Shown here: positions 10,431-17,060 of the stretch, in pieces
How the letters are laid out: every line of letters starts with the position of its first letter
How positions within the stretch are numbered: position 1 is the first letter of the stretch
Assembly: GCA_024626585.2 (NCBI GenBank)
Contig: JANKJI020000002.1
Span: forward strand, 200,797,258 to 200,814,317
DNA: 17,060 nt
Direction: 5' to 3'
Source: Ginkgo biloba
Lineage: Eukaryota > Plantae > Ginkgophyta
Program-made: the position numbers and the translations under genes
The notes under the pieces: generated by a model
Seen by the model: only the letters and a program-made list of their open reading frames with translations
The model's database searches: none
Told to the model about the DNA's origin: nothing

Positions 10431-12177
10431 NAAGAAGGGGTTGAAAATTGACCTACATCTGGTACCCTTTCTAGTGTTGGGTTAAGGGTTGGAGTCTAAC
10501 TGAGCTTTAATAGCTGATAGACACTGGCGGTGTGTACTTGTGTTGGCAACAAAGGTTTTGTTACCAACATAGTAAGCCCAATTAGGTGGTTCCTAAGGGC
10601 ACCATTGGCTCTATAATGCTCAGGAGTCACATTTTTGGGACAACCATTTGATAAGATTGCACAACAAAGAGATGGGCCTCTAACTACCCTTGGGATTTGA
10701 AGATGGAGTCATGATGCTGATGTAAGTCTTCAACAATCTCTTGGGAAGAAGAAACTCTATCATTGGAGGTTATAATAGCTTGGATTTGCTTAGAGGTTTG
10801 TTTTTGCCTTAGGGCTTGGAAAATCTATCCCCCACTTTGAGCCAATGGAGTCTAGTTGTAATTGGTCTTCCTTGGCTTTCCTAGCTTCACTAAAATTGAT
10901 GGCATGAATAAGCTTTGGTGCACTGACTTGCATACTTTCATTAAAGGGACTAACTTCCAACTAACATTGAATTACACCTAGCTCTTTGGCCTTCTCTTTA
11001 TCAACTCTCCTTTTGATTTCAACTATCAACTTCCCATGTCTCCTGAGAAAGAAAGAGGTTCGAGTGATTGCGTGGTTCCACTAATCAATCCAATCAACAT
11101 TACCAAGAGGCTATGGAGCAAGGAAAAGAAATCTTCTAATTCCTTTGGAGCAAGATTCAAGTCAGAAATGAGGGACATGTATGTTGAAACCTCCCAAGCA
11201 ATTCGAAAAGTATGAGGCAGTAATCAGATGAGCTAGCATGGCTAATAACTTGGACCAACCTCCCTTGGTCATCGTGACTCCTGAAATTGTGGTCATTTGT
11301 GATTGTGCCCCATCTAATTTTCTTAGCACTTTATCATGATTACACCTAAAGCTAGACTAGGGAAACCAAGTTTAATTTGTCCTAGAGTTTCTATATATGT
11401 TAAGGTTAAGCAATCCAAGTTTGGGCTTCCTATGAAACCATATAATCTTTTCTTTAGTTTTCCACTAGAAGGAGAGGCCCCCAAGCTTGTCCTCTGTGTT
11501 CAACCATAATAAGATCCCTACACATTCCTTAAAAGGTTGGGGAAATCTCCTCTCCAAGCCATTGCTAGAGGGAAGCCCTCTAGTTAGCAACATTGGGGGC
11601 ATACACATTGGCTATCCTAGAATTTTATTATCAACGTTGAGTAGGGCCTATACAACTTCGTTAGTAGGTCCACATCCCCAAGAAATAACCACTAAATCCT
11701 AGAGCCAAGGGTAATAGTTAGCTACCCCTTTAACCCTCTTGTTGTTTTGAGGAAAAGAGAAGGTCCTTGGTCATATGGAATGTAAATTGTTTTATAACTT
11801 AAATCCCACTACATTGACTTTATATGGATAAAGTGCATCTGGATTCTTGCACTCACTCTTTGCCTTTTTGATGGAGCTTTTTGATGAAGATTCATTAGCG
11901 TAGTGCTCCAACTTGTGTAACTAATCATGAGAAATTATTGGGTTGTCTATGTCTATAACATCACCTTCTCCCTCAACACTATCATAGATTGGGTCAAAGG
12001 GATTGTTGGTATGAATATAACTTTTTAACCCTTTTCCTTGGTTTCCAAAATATTCACCAAGTGCCATTTGCTTTCTGCCATCATATTAGACAAGTTAGTG
12101 GCAATATTGTCACTTCAACTCTTTTTTCAAGGCCAATTATCTTTTTGTCTTTCACATACCTAGCAATCTTTCTAAGT
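10431..12177 (-). mobile_element. Possible degraded retrotransposon gag region
   Basis: The minus strand gives 'CLI*WQKANGTW*IF' (~12050-12095; cf. Retrotrans_gag WW...TWEEF). Downstream lies a degenerate zinc-knuckle-like 'KC*EN*MGHNHK*PQF' (~11285-11335). Many stops. Confidence 0.3.
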
Positions 12178-12262
12178 NNNNNNNNNNNNNNNNNNNNNNN
12201 NNNNNNNNNNNNNNNNNNNNNNNNNNNNNNNNNNNNNNNNNNNNNNNNNNNNNNNNNNNNNN

Positions 12263-13560
12263 TTTCATGGTGTATTGCAAGAGTTGTCATACAAAAAGCA
12301 CATGAATGCCTTAGTAGATAAGTATTGGGCAGGCCTTTTGGAGGTATCTTCAGAATAAAGGAGCAAAGCGACTTAGTGAGATTTTGGAAAGAGGTTATCG
12401 TTATTTTAAAAGTCGAGTTAGGTTTCAAAATTATGTGACGTGTGAAATGGACTCCTCTCTATATGAGTATGCACTATGTACTCTCATTTGAAGATTACAT
12501 GACTATACACATAAACATCCAAGAGAAAACTAGTTATTAAGGAGAAGCATGGATAAGTGAAGCATTGTTGAATAGGTAGTAAAGCAAGTCAAGAAATGAA
12601 TAATGTTGACCATTTAAGTCTTTTAGAAGGTGATGACCATATAGAGGGAACTAGGGTCAAATGAGTAAAGCCCTCATACACCAAAAAAACACCAAAAGAT
12701 GCCATCCATTGAAGGGAAGACCAAGAAGAAGAGGCAAAAGAAATTGAAGTGGATGAAGAGGAAGAAGTTGAAAATACCAAGGAATGTAAGAAAAGGCGTG
12801 AAGACCCTATGGTTAATGGGGAACGCCACTAAAAGACTAAAAAAAAATGATATCATGATAGGCGGATAGTATGATACTTTGATCAAAATATTATCATAGA
12901 ACCCAATAGGCCATCATAGGGAATTTGACATGAAGAACTCTTAACATTTGAGTAAGATCATCTTAGAAAACCAAAGTTCGAACGATTGTTGTATAGCCTT
13001 ACTAAAAAGGCTTAATGATAAGAATCCACTATGGTAGTTGACCCAAATGCTTATCAAAGTGTTGCAGGATTTGAAGAAAGCATATGCCTACATAAATTTT
13101 GTCAAAATTGTGATGAACAATTGATCTACTTTTAATCAAAATGACCTTTTCTCTAACTTTGCAGATTTGGTGAATAAGAAACCAATATCTAGTCAAGACA
13201 ATTGTGACTTAGTCTTAAAGAGTCGTCTCAACTGGGAGAATCTTAAAACTAGCCAATAGAAGGCTACCTGGAGAGGAAAGGGACTTCCAAGTTGTTCAGG
13301 GAATTTGAATCAAACCCTAGGATTGATAAGGAAGTACCTTAGATAGATAAGAAGAAAAAACAACCTTGTAAAGTCACATGAATTAACGAAGTCTTGGCAT
13401 AAATGGGGGAAACTATTCTTAGAGAAACTTTTCTTGTAGTTGTAGAGCTTTCAGACAAACAACCATACTCTTTAAATGACAACATAGCGACATTCACAAA
13501 TGAAGGTGTAAGGTGTGTTGTCAGTAACAAGGGAGATGGTCATCATCTCCCTATCCTCTA
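12263..13560 (+). pseudogene. Decayed Glu/Lys-rich ORF of unknown function, antisense to and downstream of the gypsy pol
   Basis: Strong GAA/AAG codon periodicity on +, e.g. ~12584-12832 ASQEMNNVDHLSLLEGDDHIEGTRVK*VKPSYTKKTPKDAIH*REDQEEEAKEIEVDEEEEVENTKECKKRREDP. The frame continues through isolated TGA stops. Boundaries are uncertain. Confidence 0.4.
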
Positions 13561-13899
13561 ATTNNNNNNNNNNNNNNNNNNNNNNNNNNNNNNNNNNNNN
13601 NNNNNNNNNNNNNNNNNNNNNNNNNNNNNNNNNNNNNNNNNNNNNNNNNNNNNNNNNNNNNNNAATTCTGAATTTTTCTTCTGAACTTGAGTATTTTTCT
13701 AAATTTTCATTGAATGCTTCGTTGGAATAGTACAATATATAGTACTTTCACCCTCAACTACTTTCTAACTTATCAACTAATTGACATGACTTAGCTTTAT
13801 GTAGTCACTTTTGGGACATTACATTTATTGCATATTCCTAAAGAGACTTTATGACATTATGTCCTAACTTTATTCTAATATTACAATATGACCATTACT

Positions 13900-14720
13900 A
13901 ATATATTTTAACACTGAGTGGCGCAATTGGTGTTCCTCTCTAAATTCTTCTAGAGCATTAAGCTGTAGGATCCTAGCCTACTATGCCTCTGTGAGGGAAA
14001 CTCCCAACTGGTTAGCCATTTTCAATGTCTTCAACTTGAATTTGATTGGGAAAACAACGGGCTTATCGTAAACTAGTGCGAATGGGATAAATCAAAATGT
14101 ATTCTTCCAAGTAACTTGATAAGTCCAAACTACTTCTAGCAAGCGTTCTCTCCAATCCCTTCAGTGAATTTGAACAATTTAAGTGAGGATTGCCTCCAAT
14201 TTTTGATTAATGACCTTTGCTTGTTCATTAGCCCGAGGGTAATAAGGTGTTGATTTTCGATGGTGTATTTGATACTCGTGTTAGTGCTTTTCACCTTCTT
14301 TATGAAAGGGGTGTTTCTATCACTAACCAGTTCCCTTGGTGTCCCATATCTCGTGAATATTTCCTCATAAAGGAAAATAGCCGCATTCTTTGCATTTGGT
14401 TCTCACATGGAATGTACCTTAGCCCATTTTGTAATATAGATTTTACAAACGAGAGATTGGTGTGATGGTTCCAACAAAATTCGACCACTACTTCTCAAAG
14501 TCTTATAATGCAATCATTAGATGTAATGACACTGCTCTTACTTTGGACAATCTTTTCCATTCTTTGGCATAGGGCACATGTTCAAGTGTACTCCTTGGCA
14601 TCTTTGAAAAGAGTTGGCCACCAATGCCCACTATGCAAAATTTTATGAGCAATTCTTTGTGTTGCAAAAAGTCCATTGCAGGGCTCACTATGAACCACTT
14701 TCAAGACATAAAAAACTTCA
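13900..14720 (-). pseudogene. Integrase remnant (zinc-binding region plus rve core)
   Basis: GIGGQ, then EEIFTRYGTPRELVSDRNTPF, then HRKSTPYYPRANEQAKVINQKLEAILT, RDWRERLLEVVWTYQVTWK, PFALVYDKPVVFPIKFKLKTL and LQLNALEEFR. Confidence 0.93.
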
Positions 14721-14964
14721 TATTTTCGTAGACGTCTCCAAAGGACATTGTCTGGACCTTTTTAATATAAATATTCCTTAATCCATGTATATGCAACACT
14801 TTTCCTTACCAGTTGCTCTCTTTCATTCTAGGAAAAATGCTGAGGGATACCACCAGTAGCCACATACTCTGCAATATCAGCATACCATGGAGTAGAAGTA
14901 CTGATTGCAAACACATGCTCGTTTGAAAGTGTGTCTTCTAATGGCCTTCGAATGGTGGAACTAG

Positions 14965-15377
14965 AATTCGGGATAAATAATCTGCAACTAGATTTGCACA
15001 ACCTAGTTTATTCACAATTTCAATGTCAAATTCCTACAACAACAGAAGCCATATGATAATCGTTGGATTTGATGGGGCCTTATTCATAAGAAATTTGATA
15101 GTTGTTGATCTGTATAGATTATTGTACTAAAACTAGAGATATAATGTCGAGATTTGTCAATGGCGAAGACCACAATGAAAATTCTCTCTATGAATGTATA
15201 ATTGTTCTCTATGGCTGATAAAGCTTTGTTGTCATAGGACATTGCATACTTAATGGAATCTTCCTTTTGAACCAAAATTGCCTTCACAACCAGATCTGAT
15301 GCATATATGTAAATATCTAACGACAAATTCCAATTTGGGCCCCTCAAAATTGTTGTTGAGGTCATCGTAGTCTTCAA
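14965..15377 (-). pseudogene. Ty3/gypsy RNase H remnant
   Basis: PNWNLSLDIYIYASDLVVKAILVQ...SKAL-like...NYTFIER...VVFAIDKSRHYI...IIYTD, then WLLLL*EFDIEIVNKLGCANLVADYLSR. Confidence 0.92.
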
Positions 15378-15399
15378 TATTTGGAAAGCCTCTTTGCAT

Positions 15400-16300
15400 T
15401 CTTTTGTTCACTTGAAAGGAGTATCCTTATAAGAAATAGATGAAGAGAAGCAACTCTTTTACTAAAATCTTTAATGAAACGTTGATCTTGCTAACCCCAG
15501 AAAATTGTGGACATCCTTCATCTTATTAGGAGAGGGAAGATCTTGAATAACAACCACCTTTGTTGGATCAACTACTATTCCCTTTTTTGAGAGTGATTGA
15601 CCGAGAACTATTCCTTTTGTAAGCAGAATTTTACGCTTTATGTTACTAGAAACTCACACTTTTGTAGGGTGATTTCCAATTTGCTCAATGCTTCAAAGAA
15701 TGAGTCTCCATAAAAAGAGAAATTGTCCATGTAGATTTTAATGAATTCATTTATATGCTCATAGAATATGCTTCGGATAGANNNNNNNNNNNNNNNNNNN
15801 NNNNNNNNNNNNNNNNNNNNNNNNNNNNNNNNNNNNNNNNNNNNNNNNNNNNNNNNNNNNNNNNNNNNNNNNNNNNNNNNNNNNNNNNNNNNNNNNNNNN
15901 NNNNNNNNNNNNNNNNNNNNNNNNNNNNNNNNNNNNNNNNNNNNNNNNNNNNNNNNNNNNNNNNNNNNNNNNNNNNNNNNNNNNNNNNNNNNNNNNNNNN
16001 NNNNNNNNNNNNNNNNNNNNNNNNNNNNNNNNNNNNNNNNNNNNNNTACCACCAGGGGGGACACCCATTGGCTGTTTGAGATTGGATTGATCATCCCTAC
16101 TATCAACAATTTCTCCAATTCCTCCTTGACTACTTGTATCATCATGGGATTAAGTCTCCTCTGTGGTTGTCAAACAGGTTTGGCATCATCCTCTCTAAAG
16201 ATATAATGTTGACAGATTGAGGGACTAATTCCTTTCAAATTTGTGTGGTTCCATTCGAAAATCGCTTTGTTTTCTTGCAAGAGTTGGAAGGTTTGCTTTG
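15400..16300 (-). pseudogene. Reverse transcriptase remnant (core partly in the N gap 15782-16046)
   Basis: LKGISPSICQHYIFREDDAKPV*QPQRRLNPMMIQVVKEELEKLLIVGMINPISNSQWVSPLVV, then IYMDNFSFYGDSF with the YxDD box mutated to YMDN (15722-15733). The 265-nt gap is about the length of the missing RT core. Confidence 0.92.
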
Positions 16301-16689
16301 TGTGTGTATTGGTAAGATTTTTACTGAGAAGAAGGGTCTGATTATCTCCCATATCTAATGGCATGGTATCTGATGAAATAGTCACCATAGGTTGTTGGCT
16401 TCTCTCTTGACATTGGAGGATCAAGTTTGAATAAGGATTGGACTCATTTCCCTACAAAAGCTTGCAAAGTTCAGGATCTTCATCCCCATTCTTTAGAGAG
16501 TGTAGCACCTCTGGAACCATCACTTAATAAACTTGTTCTTCATCTTCCGCCTTCCAATTTGAAGTCAAGAACTGATAACCTTTAGTATCTTCATCTTCGG
16601 ATTCCACCCGCTCTGGTTGTTTATTAGCTGATTCTTGCATTGGTTGAGAAGATTTGACTAATGTTAATACTTTTGTTTAGTACCACGAG

Positions 16690-17040
16690 CAATAGCCATC
16701 TAACCTATCCAACATGCAATCACGACATTTGCAGTGGTGAGCCATGGTTGCCCAAGAATGATCGGATTCCCTGCTAGGTCTTCCTTTGGCTGTAACACCA
16801 TGAAATTTGTTGGGTACTCCCAAATTGGTTACCGAGGTCATAACATGATCCGATCTTTCTTCAGGATGCAATGTTGATCTTTTTTCCATTTGTAAACTGT
16901 TGGGTTTTCCATAGGCCTTGCATTGTCTTCACGGCCATCATGTTGATGGCTACCCCTAGGTCTACCAACACCTTAGGGATCATGATGTTACCAATGGAAA
17001 TATCCACCAATGGTGTCCTTGGATCACCATATTTCTATAG
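16690..17040 (-). pseudogene. Retrotransposon aspartic protease remnant
   Basis: KYGDPRTPLVDISIGNIMIPKVLVDLGVAINMM with the catalytic D at 16960-16962, then WEYPTNFMVLQPKEDLAGNPIILGQPWLTTA. Frameshifted. Confidence 0.9.
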
Positions 17041-17060
17041 AGTCTCTTTTCCAAGCAAAA

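Larger units (their letters stand above)
3117..17060 (+). other. Probable very long TE-filled intron (at least 13.9 kb) of the histidine kinase gene
   Basis: Starts with a strong donor GTGAGC. No HATPase_c (N/G1/F/G2 boxes) or receiver-domain exon is recognisable downstream, and the content is retroelement debris. An exon hidden in an N gap, or a truncated gene, cannot be excluded. Confidence 0.6.
13900..17060 (-). mobile_element. Decayed Ty3/gypsy LTR retrotransposon pol, non-chromovirus Athila-like (PR-RT-RH-INT); runs off the right edge of the window
   Basis: Gypsy domain order on the - strand. Athila-type motifs include KYGDP...VLVDLG.AIN, GISPSICQH...QPQRRLNP, PISNSQWVSPLVV, PWYADIA and PFALVY.K. 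There is no additional RNase H between RH and INT. Many stops and frameshifts. Confidence 0.95.

Noticed and set aside
11459-11480. ccactagaaggagagg resembling a gypsy primer-binding site
   Set aside because: Lacks the TGG start and an adjacent LTR end; orientation conflicts with the gag-like remnant.

Overview
AT-rich eukaryotic DNA from a gappy scaffold with nine N-runs. It is most consistent with a large-genome land plant, possibly a gymnosperm (inferred from the retroelement type and intron size). The first 3.1 kb holds three GT-AG exons on the + strand (260-457, 849-942, 2907-3116). They splice in frame into a PAS/PAC-like segment, a coiled coil and a HisKA domain with an intact H-box (FLAIMSHEIRTPLNG). 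The layout resembles the soluble plant histidine kinase AHK5/CKI2, but the sequence is clearly divergent. No further exon is recognisable, so the remaining ~13.9 kb is probably a TE-expanded intron. It contains a clear decayed Athila-like Ty3/gypsy pol on the - strand (protease-RT-RNaseH-integrase, ~13.9-17.06 kb). It also contains weaker remnants: a possible LINE endonuclease region, LTR-like DNA, a gag-like fragment and an acidic ORF antisense to pol. Intron 2 contains an old ~330-bp tandem duplication interrupted by a ~1-kb insertion. I found no evidence for RNA genes, CRISPR or a prokaryotic-type system. The divergent kinase is the best candidate for something undescribed.
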